From: a virus
Lineage: Duplodnaviria > Caudoviricetes
Virus record (IMG/VR): IMGVR_UViG_3300025781_000011
Location: 1,174 to 65,173 of that record
Direction: 5' to 3' (one strand)
DNA length: 64,000 nucleotides
The notes below the pieces were generated by a model. It made no database searches. It saw nothing but the letters and a program-made list of their open reading frames with translations, and was not told the DNA's origin. Below, piece by piece: positions 48,409-56,846 of this stretch; the stretch's first letter is position 1, and each line of letters opens with the position of its first letter. Both the position numbers and the translations under genes were made by a program.

Positions 48409-50030
48409 GGCCATTTTGCGCCGGGATATACAAAACTTTGTCCTATTAAAATACCATCTACACCGCTGCGTTTTGCAGCGGTCTTACCTATAGCTGAATC
48501 AAAGTAGTAGTTGTTTTTTGGGATAGAGTTTAAATCTTTAACTATTAAATCATTAATAATATATTCTTGATCAAACGCAGGTCCGTTTATAAACTTTTCA
48601 GACCATGTATTGTCAAGAAATGATATTATTGCAGTAAATTGGCCAGGTTGTTTTAAAATATCTGTCACACTTAATCCTGTTAATCGACTGCGATTTAATA
48701 TAGTTCCAATTGCCCACACATATTCTGTTAGATCAGATCCAGACACCGCATGTGCAGCAGCAATCAAATGGTTCCAATCTGTGACTGATATAGGTTTACC
48801 TAAATATTGTTGTACAGTTTGAAAACCAGTACTAACAGATGATGAAAAATTTGTTAATTTGTAAACGCCATTTACTAAAAATTCAAGTTCAGCACCGGCC
48901 ATTTGCATAGATGTAGTTGTGACTGTGGTATTGGTAATCCCTGGCTGAATAATCTGTGTAGTAGTACTAAGTGGTCCTACTGTACCAAGTGAACCCAAAC
49001 TATTATTAAATGAATTGATAGCAGAAACTCCGGCATTCAATTGGGAATTTGTTGACGATAGTTGACTTATTAATGAATCAACTGACAAGTTGTTGGGCAA
49101 TGAACTGATAAAACTTTGATTAGATAATGACCCAATGGTTGACGTAATAGATGAACTGATTGCAGTTAAATCTTGTGTGATACAACCAAGCTCGCTAGTA
49201 ATATTGGATAATCCTCCTGTTAATTCCCCTTTAATGCTAGACAGCCCGCTGGTAATACCTTTGATTCCCTTGGTGAGTTGACTTAATATTGTACCTGTTG
49301 CACTATATGGTAACCCTGGTAATAAAGTTGATATCATTTTTGTCATATTAGTCAACTCTTGAGTTTGTTTAGATAAATCCATAACAAGTGCAGTCAACCC
49401 ACCAGGGGTAAGTCCACTCAACATATTAGATATATCAGGAGGTAAACAAGGTGTGTTATTAAGAGGACCAATACCTAAACTTCCATATGCAGAAATTGCT
49501 TGATTTACAATTCCGGTACCTCCGCCACTTGTGGACCCGCTTGCAGATGATCCCCCAGCAGAAGATTCAGGCGGAGGTACATCTGTACTGGTGTTGCCAT
49601 AGGTAATATTATTAAATGTTGGTATTCCGGCAGCAGTGCTAGCACCACCAGTTGCGCTAACCGTACGTCCAGTTACAGCAGTATTACCAAGACTAGATCC
49701 ACTACTACCATCGCTGCCGTCACTTAGTTTGTTCGGGGCGTTGGTACTTTGTACTAAACCTGCTGGGTTAACAAGAACAAATTGTAAATTATGTGTTCCG
49801 TTACTGGCCCATAGTTTATTATCTTGTGAGTAGATTCTCCATTCTTTCAATTGTAATGTATCAGTTACAACAGGTGTACCAATAATAGGGGACCCTATTA
49901 AAGGTACATTGCCAGAATCTGGCAATGCAGTAGGCAACGGTGCAAAAGTGCCTTTGAATGCAGTTGCATAGCTTGGTACCGCTCCCTGCCCGTTAGATGG
50001 ATCATTAATGCCACCAAAATCATTACTCAT
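48405..50030 (-). CDS. Virion protein with a C-terminal SleB/Hydrolase_2-like domain
   Basis: TILNR......DIL.QPGQF motif; S/T/G-rich middle; likely start MSNDF. Confidence 0.6.
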   Translation of the reverse strand: MSNDFGGINDPSNGQGAVPSYATAFKGTFAPLPTALPDSGNVPLIGSPIIGTPVVTDTLQLKEWRIYSQDNKLWASNGTHNLQFVLVNPAGLVQSTNAPNKLSDGSDGSSGSSLGNTAVTGRTVSATGGASTAAGIPTFNNITYGNTSTDVPPPESSAGGSSASGSTSGGGTGIVNQAISAYGSLGIGPLNNTPCLPPDISNMLSGLTPGGLTALVMDLSKQTQELTNMTKMISTLLPGLPYSATGTILSQLTKGIKGITSGLSSIKGELTGGLSNITSELGCITQDLTAISSSITSTIGSLSNQSFISSLPNNLSVDSLISQLSSTNSQLNAGVSAINSFNNSLGSLGTVGPLSTTTQIIQPGITNTTVTTTSMQMAGAELEFLVNGVYKLTNFSSSVSTGFQTVQQYLGKPISVTDWNHLIAAAHAVSGSDLTEYVWAIGTILNRSRLTGLSVTDILKQPGQFTAIISFLDNTWSEKFINGPAFDQEYIINDLIVKDLNSIPKNNYYFDSAIGKTAAKRSGVDGILIGQSFVYPGAKWP

Positions 50031-50128
50031 CGAAAAACCTATTAAATTGTAATATAATATATTTACTCCTAATTTCAACTAAAAATCAGTTATAAATATC
50101 AAAACAATATAATTTTAAGGATGCTAAT

Positions 50129-51037
50129 ATGCCATTAAATCCTCCAACATATGCAGGATTAGATGTTTTTTACAGCAACAATGTGTTTGTTAATAAAGTA
50201 CCAGTGGCTCTCTGGAGACCGCCTGCTGGTGCGTTTAATGATGGTTCTCCTGGTACAGCATCAGTTGGCGGTTTGACCATGTATAGTTCCAACGAAAGTG
50301 GTCATGCTGCTATGTTAAGAAATGAAGCTGCACTCATGGGGGAAGGTGCTAAAGGTGATGACAATGGCGGTGATCCAGCTAGTAGCGGAATCAGTTCTAG
50401 TGCAGGTGCAACCGGTGCATACAATGATTTTAGCGCCACAGGCCCTAATCCAAATCCCAGCGCACCGTCGGGTACGTATGAGTTATCAGTTGATAATCTT
50501 CCCAATAGTTTCCCAACTGATATATCTGATCCATTTTATAATAAACAAATAAGTCAATATTTTAAAATGGCACATATTAGAAACCCACCTCAAAATGAAT
50601 CAACATTTAACTTATCAGCTAGACAAGTTGCAGCAAATTTTATTGAACTTTGTTTAAATGTATTAGATCCAGTTTATGCACAATTTCATTTCAACAAAGA
50701 TCCACTTAATAGTGCTTATAGATCTACAGCATATAATCAAAGGATAGGCGGCTCGTTAACAAGTGAACATATCACCGGTTGTGCAGCAGATATTAGCCTA
50801 GGAACTCCTAGCGGTAATGTAGCAATGTTTAAATGGATATTGAATAGCGGAATAAAATTCCGTCAGTTGCTATATGAAAAGTCCCCAAGCGGAAGTGCAG
50901 CAGGTTGGATACATGTATCATATAACAGAGGTATTCCAAAAAGTGATGCATCAAGAGTAGGATACACAACCAACCCACCTAGTATTATCAGCGCCGGCCA
51001 AAATGGAGAAAACTTACCAAGTTATCTCAAAGCTTGA
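50129..51037 (+). CDS. Peptidase M15 (Zn D-Ala-D-Ala-type) cell-wall hydrolase
   Basis: SAYRS..YN..IGG...SEH..G.AADI...WIHVS. Confidence 0.85.
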   Translation: MPLNPPTYAGLDVFYSNNVFVNKVPVALWRPPAGAFNDGSPGTASVGGLTMYSSNESGHAAMLRNEAALMGEGAKGDDNGGDPASSGISSSAGATGAYNDFSATGPNPNPSAPSGTYELSVDNLPNSFPTDISDPFYNKQISQYFKMAHIRNPPQNESTFNLSARQVAANFIELCLNVLDPVYAQFHFNKDPLNSAYRSTAYNQRIGGSLTSEHITGCAADISLGTPSGNVAMFKWILNSGIKFRQLLYEKSPSGSAAGWIHVSYNRGIPKSDASRVGYTTNPPSIISAGQNGENLPSYLKA

Positions 51038-51094
51038 TTGATCTCGACGATATTAACATGGTATACTAAAATATCATTTACCCAAGGATTGATC

Positions 51095-51433
51095 ATGTTA
51101 ATAGAAAAAGCTATCGAAGCCAATGATGTTGTAACCATTAAGTTGGTTACTCAGGAAGAAATTGTTGCTAAATTTGTGTCACAAGATACCAATACAGTTA
51201 CCATTCAAAAGCCAGTACTACTGAACGTGTCAATTGACGAAAAAACAGGAAGGCCTGGTATACAAATGCTCCCATTTTTTGTGCTGGGTGCTAATAGCGA
51301 TTCAAAAATAACCTTAAAACATATTCATATTATAACCATGCTTACAGCAGCTGATGAAGTTAAAAGTGGATATATCCACAACACGAGTGGTATTGCTGTA
51401 CCAAGAGCAGGAGAAAAAGGTCTTATTGTATGA
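51095..51433 (+). CDS. Small Sm-like-fold hypothetical protein
   Basis: DVVTIKLVT.EEIVA, ending TSGI.VP. Confidence 0.65.
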   Translation: MLIEKAIEANDVVTIKLVTQEEIVAKFVSQDTNTVTIQKPVLLNVSIDEKTGRPGIQMLPFFVLGANSDSKITLKHIHIITMLTAADEVKSGYIHNTSGIAVPRAGEKGLIV

Positions 51434-52446
51434 TATCTAAACCATTTCAAGGTTTACGTACATTTTGTAAAACATCCGACGATACAACAAAACGTTTTGC
51501 AGTTATAGGATTACCTAGCGATACTGCTACATCATATAGACCGGGTGCAAGATTTGCACCTGCTGCTATACGAGAATCAAGCATGATGCTAACGGATGGG
51601 TATCACCCTTATTTCAATGTCAACATTCGAGATCATACAGTGGATCTCGGCGATGCTGACATAACTGTCGGTAATACATTGAAAATGTTAGAACAAGTTG
51701 AAACAGTTACAAATAATGTATTAAATTGGAACAAGCATACAGTATTTCTGGGCGGTGATCACACAGTTACCATTGGAATACTACGTGCTATGAACAAGCG
51801 ATATGGTAAGATAGCTGTTGTACATTTTGATGCACACTGTGATACATGGCGTACAAATTTTGATGAACCTGTTGGCCACGGAACTTGGTTGTATAATGCT
51901 ATCACAGAAGAACTGGTTGATCCCACAAAGATTATTAGCATCGGAATACGAAGTCCTTCCGATAGTAAGTCCAGAAACTTTCTAGATCACCATGGTGGTA
52001 CTACATTTACTGCTAGATATGCACAGACTAACTTAATGGCCGTGATTTCAAACACAATTAAAATTATTGACCATACTCCGGTTTATCTTACATTCGATAT
52101 TGATGCACTAGATCCTGCATATGCACCCGGTACCGGAACACCAGAAATTGGTGGACTATCCAGCATGTGGGTGTTAGAATGCTTGGAATATTTGGCTGGA
52201 TTAAATTGGATAGGTATGGATCTAGTAGAGGTTTCACCTCCGTACGATCATGCTGAAATAACCAGTTTAGCTGCTGCTACCATTTGTTGGACTTATCTCA
52301 GCATGGTAATAGCCAAAAACCTACAACAATCAACAGAAATCGACGATGTACACGACTGTGGTGCTGATGTAGATGACAATACAGATTTCCGTCCAGTTGA
52401 AAAACCCGCTGTTACAAGACCAACAGGACCAACAGGTCCAAGTTGA
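51430..52446 (+). CDS. speB: Agmatinase (ureohydrolase family)
   Basis: RPGARFAP.AIR, GGDH, FDAHCD, FDID.LDPA.APGTGTP..GG, DLVEVSP.YD. Confidence 0.9.
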   Translation: MISKPFQGLRTFCKTSDDTTKRFAVIGLPSDTATSYRPGARFAPAAIRESSMMLTDGYHPYFNVNIRDHTVDLGDADITVGNTLKMLEQVETVTNNVLNWNKHTVFLGGDHTVTIGILRAMNKRYGKIAVVHFDAHCDTWRTNFDEPVGHGTWLYNAITEELVDPTKIISIGIRSPSDSKSRNFLDHHGGTTFTARYAQTNLMAVISNTIKIIDHTPVYLTFDIDALDPAYAPGTGTPEIGGLSSMWVLECLEYLAGLNWIGMDLVEVSPPYDHAEITSLAAATICWTYLSMVIAKNLQQSTEIDDVHDCGADVDDNTDFRPVEKPAVTRPTGPTGPS

Positions 52447-52477
52447 CAACTTAGATATTTGAAGTAATAGTTAAACA

Positions 52478-52605
52478 GCCGGATACAGATATCCGGGACC
52501 TTCGCAAAGATACAATTCCGGAGGACTGAACAATTTATAGGGTTGATCTCCTATAATTCAGTCTGTGACGGTAAGTATCTTTGCAGAAGGCGATTCTGAG
52601 GGTCC
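52478..52605 (+). ncRNA. Unassigned structured RNA or leader (long imperfect rod hairpin)
   Basis: Nested helices CCTTC/GAAGG, GCAAAGATAC/GTATCTTTGC, GACTGAA/TTCAGTC, TTATAGG/CCTATAA; TTGACA promoter at 52443. Confidence 0.55.
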
Positions 52606-52608
52606 AAA

Positions 52609-52797
52609 ATGCAGAACGAAATTCGCGATCAAAATGCACGTGATATTAATGCATTAATCAAATATGTCATGTGGTCTAAAGATAAAATTGCTGGTGGTGT
52701 CAGACAAGAACTAGCAATAGAAGCACTGTCTCGTATTGTGGATTATCCCATATCATTGATGAGATCCATTTCTGGCAAAGAAGACAGCGTTGATTGA
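52609..52797 (+). CDS. Hypothetical protein
   Basis: 62 aa with GAGG RBS. Confidence 0.55.
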   Translation: MQNEIRDQNARDINALIKYVMWSKDKIAGGVRQELAIEALSRIVDYPISLMRSISGKEDSVD

Positions 52798-52829
52798 CAA
52801 TTTAAAATAAGACACTATAAATAAATTAC

Positions 52830-53148
52830 CATTGTTGATAGCAATGTAATAAAACGTTATGGACCCCGGGGCAGTACCGGGCTGATCTACCATAGTAACA
52901 TTGTTTCCTAGGCTTAGCCCACGAAATCGCCCTTTGCGGTTGGCAATGTTACTATGATGGGCCAGACATAGGATTAACAAGCGAATAAAGATTGAAGTAG
53001 ATGGTCCGGCGAAAGCTTGGTTAATGCAATAAAACTAATAAATGCTAACGCATTTGCAAATGACAATACACCTGTTGTAGAGATGAAAATCGCTGCTTAA
53101 GGTTTAAGGTCTGCGGTCAGGGGAGAACCGTATTAAACAATCTCCCTA
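52830..53148 (+). ncRNA. ssrA: Circularly permuted (two-piece) tmRNA
   Basis: T-arm CCGG-GGCAGTA-CCGG then CTGATCT-A-CCA (to 52892); intervening hairpin; coding piece starts GGGCCAG (52959) giving G3-U70; tag ORF ANAFANDNTPVVEMKIAA* at 53044-53100. Confidence 0.88.
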
Positions 53149-53234
53149 TTACTTTAAAAATCACAACAAGAGTTGACTTTTTTTGAACTATAAGTAAATA
53201 TTGACGAACACTATTTGTAGTTGGAGTAACGTCC

Positions 53235-53429
53235 ATGTTGACAGCAAGAAATATAATAATAAAAGAAGTCATAGAATTTGTGGTAATCGAAGGCGTTATG
53301 TTCCTGGTTAAACGTGTGTTCAAAATCAACAAAAGACGTAAGACTGTTACAGCAATATTGAAGATAATTTCCAACATCGGCGTTATGGTTGCATCACGAT
53401 ATGTGACTGCTGCTGTTGCAATTATCTAA
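53235..53429 (+). CDS. Small hydrophobic/basic protein
   Basis: 64 aa with GGAG RBS; two hydrophobic segments flanking KRRK. Confidence 0.55.
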   Translation: MLTARNIIIKEVIEFVVIEGVMFLVKRVFKINKRRKTVTAILKIISNIGVMVASRYVTAAVAII

Positions 53430-53470
53430 CCAACGGTTGCAATTTTAAACTTATCTATTATAATGATCTT

Positions 53471-53675
53471 GTGGGTCTGGAGGAAAGACGAGTCACAGAT
53501 CCTAATCGTAGAGGAACAGCACGACCCAAATTTAGATCACCCGTAACAGGGGAGTAGCAGGTGCCAGGTAGGACAACTGGCTGAAAGATCTAATATTGGG
53601 AATCTGCGGTAGCCGGTGGACTACACTAGTAAGAGTCATTAGGACTGCGGATTTTAAACAGGTTACGATACCCAC
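53471..53675 (+). ncRNA. Unassigned ~205-nt highly structured RNA
   Basis: TTGCAA-16-TATAAT promoter puts +1 near 53471; terminal pairing GTGGGT/ACCCAC; several internal helices; GC-richer than its surroundings; no ORF. Confidence 0.7.
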
Positions 53676-53684
53676 ACTTTAAAC

Positions 53685-53719
53685 TTGACAGTTAATGCCA
53701 CTGAATGGTACTATAAATA
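53685..53719 (+). promoter_or_regulatory. Dual sigma70/late promoter
   Basis: TTGACA at 53685 and TACTAT/TATAAATA at 53709-53719. Confidence 0.6.
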
Positions 53720-53897
53720 ACATTGCTTGGTATTAACCAGACAAACAGTTGATATCAAGTGATGTTTGATGAAACTTATTGTAGCGTAAATTATTTTTGT
53801 ATTATTCAATCAGCCACGTGTATGCGTTGAATTGATTGAAATTTAACTTAATTATTTTTGTAAAAACTCGTAATATATTAACCTTATTAACTCGAAA

Positions 53898-53937
53898 GAA
53901 GCGATGTTGTACAGTTACAGCATCGCTTCAATCTTTT
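53898..53937 (+). terminator. Terminator-like hairpin
   Basis: GAAGCGATGTTGTA-cagt-TACAGCATCGCTTC then ATCTTTT. Confidence 0.7.
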
Positions 53938-54015
53938 CAGATGACAAATAAATTAATCGAAGTTAAAGTACTATATTGTACAAGTTACTGATAAAAGGTA
54001 TAACTAACAACTGTC

Positions 54016-55902
54016 ATGTCAGAAGAAATTATCAAACTCACAGATTACCAACATCATCGCAAACGTACAGAAATGTACCTGGGCAGTAGAACTGCTCATA
54101 CACAAAACATAGTACATTGGAATGGAACCAAATTACTGCCAATGGATCTAACCTGGACACCTGCTGTTTATTGTGCATTTAGAGAGCTACTAGATAATGC
54201 ACTGGACGAGGTAATCGGTCACAAGAAAGGTTCCAAGATTGACATAACCTTTGAACCAAAAGAAATGGTGTTCTCAGTTACTGATGATGGTCGCGGTATT
54301 CCAATTGACTGGGATGAGAATGAACGTATACACAAAGCTACACTGGCACTAACACAAGCCCGAGCTGGTCGTAACTTTGGTGATCGTCAAGAAGTACGTG
54401 GTACCAACGGCATTGGTGCAAGCACGGTTGTAAACTGCTCTGAATGGTTTCATTTAGAAATACATCGTGACGGCAAGAAGTTTATACAAGAGTTCAAAGA
54501 AGGATCCGACCTATTTCCAGAATTAATAATCAATGAACCAAAGATTACCAAGAACGGTGGTCATAGCGGAACACAAGTTAAATTTAAATTAAGCAAGACT
54601 GTGTTTAAAAATGCCAAGTTACCTTTGGCATTTATGCAAGCACGTATACATGAAATAGCCGCTAACCATCCCAGGGTTAAATTTACGTTCAATGGCGAAC
54701 GTATTATGGTCAAGCACTCAATTGAACGCACATTCTTTAATGACAAAGAAGTTATTAAACTAAGCGTCGATGATAAGAACTTTAATAGTGCGTTCTATCT
54801 TGTGAGTAACTTTGCCAAAGACGGCGAGTATATACATACCACTGTAAATGATATTCCTGCGTTCAATGGCGGTACTCATATTGATACATTCAAGAGAATG
54901 TTCTATAGCGGGCTTATTCGAGCACTAGAACGTGAAAGCAAACGTCGAGGATTAACTCCTAATCGGTCTGACATCAGCGAGGGGTTGTTAATTTATAACG
55001 TGACGACTATGTTTTCTCCAGACTTTGACTCACAATCTAAATCCAGACTCATTAATGAGAATGTTGACAGTTATATCAAAGCATACTTCGATAATGAGGA
55101 AGTGTTTAAGGACATTATCAAAAAGCACAAGCCGTGGATTGACGAAATCTACGCAAGGTGTGCAGCTAGAACACAAAAACGAGATGACGCAGACTTGGCC
55201 AAGATTGGTCGCAAGCTCATGCGTAACAAAGTACCAAAATTACTAGATGCCAATGGTAAAGACAGATCCACTTGTATTCTTATTATTACAGAAGGTGATT
55301 CTGCTAAAGGAATGATAAGTGCTGTACGTGATCCAGAAGTACATGGCGCTTTACCCCTACGTGGTAAGATTCTAAACGTACGTGGCGAAGCACCCAAGGA
55401 CATTGTAGAAAATCAAATCATACAGGATCTAATGACCAGTATTGGTTGTGTGTTAGGCCAACGAGCTGAACGCAAAGATCTACGCTACGGTAAAGTATAC
55501 TTGGCAGCGGATCAGGATCCAGACGGTGCTAACATTACTGCATTGTTGATCAACTTCTTTTATTTGTATTGGCCGGAGTTGTTTGATCCCAAACAGGAAC
55601 CCTACTTTTATGCATTTCAAACTCCTTTTATTATTCAGGAGAAGGCCAAGAAACGTCACTACTGGTATGCTCACAACTATCACGAGTATGATCCTAAGGA
55701 TTGGAAAAACTGTCCAAAGCCGACCAGAGCCAAGGGCCTGGGTAGTCTTGAAGAAGAAGATTGGATACACAGTTTAAAGGTACCTCAGTTGATTCCTATC
55801 ACAGATGATGGTAAATTAGGTGAGGCACTGGATTTGATATTTAATTCAGCAAGGGCTGATAATCGCAAGGAGTGGATTAGCTTAGATAATAAAATTAATT
55901 AA
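54016..55902 (+). CDS. Type IIA topoisomerase ATPase/TOPRIM subunit (gp39+60 / GyrB-like)
   Basis: ELLDNALDE, DDGRGIP, GTNGIG, EGDSA, PLRGKILN, DQDPDG. Confidence 0.95.
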   Translation: MSEEIIKLTDYQHHRKRTEMYLGSRTAHTQNIVHWNGTKLLPMDLTWTPAVYCAFRELLDNALDEVIGHKKGSKIDITFEPKEMVFSVTDDGRGIPIDWDENERIHKATLALTQARAGRNFGDRQEVRGTNGIGASTVVNCSEWFHLEIHRDGKKFIQEFKEGSDLFPELIINEPKITKNGGHSGTQVKFKLSKTVFKNAKLPLAFMQARIHEIAANHPRVKFTFNGERIMVKHSIERTFFNDKEVIKLSVDDKNFNSAFYLVSNFAKDGEYIHTTVNDIPAFNGGTHIDTFKRMFYSGLIRALERESKRRGLTPNRSDISEGLLIYNVTTMFSPDFDSQSKSRLINENVDSYIKAYFDNEEVFKDIIKKHKPWIDEIYARCAARTQKRDDADLAKIGRKLMRNKVPKLLDANGKDRSTCILIITEGDSAKGMISAVRDPEVHGALPLRGKILNVRGEAPKDIVENQIIQDLMTSIGCVLGQRAERKDLRYGKVYLAADQDPDGANITALLINFFYLYWPELFDPKQEPYFYAFQTPFIIQEKAKKRHYWYAHNYHEYDPKDWKNCPKPTRAKGLGSLEEEDWIHSLKVPQLIPITDDGKLGEALDLIFNSARADNRKEWISLDNKIN

Positions 55903-55961
55903 AAATAAAATTTATCGCAGTGCAAATATATATTATAATTATACTAGCGATAAGGAAAATC

Positions 55962-56846
55962 ATGAAACAAGTTTATAAAATTACAAATATTAAGAATAAC
56001 AAGTCTTACATTGGAATAGTCATAGCAAGAGATAAAGATTATCTTAAACGATTTCAGGAGCATATGACCGGTAAAGGCGGAGTTTATTTATGGAATGAGT
56101 TAAAATCAGGTAGCGCAACTGTTGAAGATTTTGTAGTCGAGTTGTTAGAAGAAGGCAATCAGGATGATTTATATTTTAAAACTCAGGAGGAATTTTACAT
56201 AGAATATTTAGGAACATTATGGCCCAATGGTTATAACGGTAATAAAGGCAATTATATTGTAAAAACACCTGAGATATTACAAAAGGCTCGCAAAACTCGG
56301 TTTCAAAATCATCAAGCAGGACTACATAAGTCAACTGGACGATCAGGTATGGCAATTTATAGATATCCAGACGGTAGCATTAAAAAATTATCTATAAATC
56401 ATCCAGATGTTCTAAATAATACAGTAAAACATATTAATTATAATCCTGAATGTAAAACACGATTACTAGAACAAGAGATAGCAGAACAAAAAGAAAGAAA
56501 CAATGGTTTAACAGATAAACAAGTTGCATGGAAGGTAAAAATAGCTAAGTTGGCTAAACAATATCCGAATTTAGAATCCTGGCAACACGGCAGAGAGAAA
56601 TTTAAAGAACGAATGGCAATGAAAGATTTTACTGAAAAAGAAAAAGAACTGTACTATGAACGACGCTCTAAAATTGTAAAAGCAAATTGGGACTCTATGA
56701 CACCTGAACAGCGACTTGAAAAATGTGGTCCTGGATTGCGGGCTCGAAATGCTCGTAAGGTATGCCCACACTGCGGAATAGAAACAAATTTAGGAAATTA
56801 TACAAGATGGCACGGAGATAATTGTAAAAAGGCATCAGCAACATGA
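55962..56846 (+). CDS. GIY-YIG homing endonuclease
   Basis: VYKITN..N.KSYIG...RF.EH...PNGYN; C-terminal CPHCG...TRWHGDNCK; AT-rich insert between the two topo genes. Confidence 0.85.
   Translation: MKQVYKITNIKNNKSYIGIVIARDKDYLKRFQEHMTGKGGVYLWNELKSGSATVEDFVVELLEEGNQDDLYFKTQEEFYIEYLGTLWPNGYNGNKGNYIVKTPEILQKARKTRFQNHQAGLHKSTGRSGMAIYRYPDGSIKKLSINHPDVLNNTVKHINYNPECKTRLLEQEIAEQKERNNGLTDKQVAWKVKIAKLAKQYPNLESWQHGREKFKERMAMKDFTEKEKELYYERRSKIVKANWDSMTPEQRLEKCGPGLRARNARKVCPHCGIETNLGNYTRWHGDNCKKASAT

Noticed and set aside
52478-52605. Retron msr-msd
   Set aside because: There is no reverse transcriptase gene in the window
52753-52980. 75-aa minus-strand ORF
   Set aside because: It is an antisense shadow of the tmRNA gene
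53548-53590. TPP or yybP-ykoY riboswitch, or SRP Alu-like motif (GGGGAGTAGC, GGTGCC...GGCTGAAA)
   Set aside because: Only fragments match; the remaining conserved elements and a regulated downstream ORF are absent
53478-53675. RNase P RNA (GAGGAAAGAC resembles the CR-I sequence GAGGAAAGUC)
   Set aside because: I could not find a complementary P4 partner or the CR-V ACAnAAnnCGGCUUA motif near the 3' end, so the RNA is left unassigned
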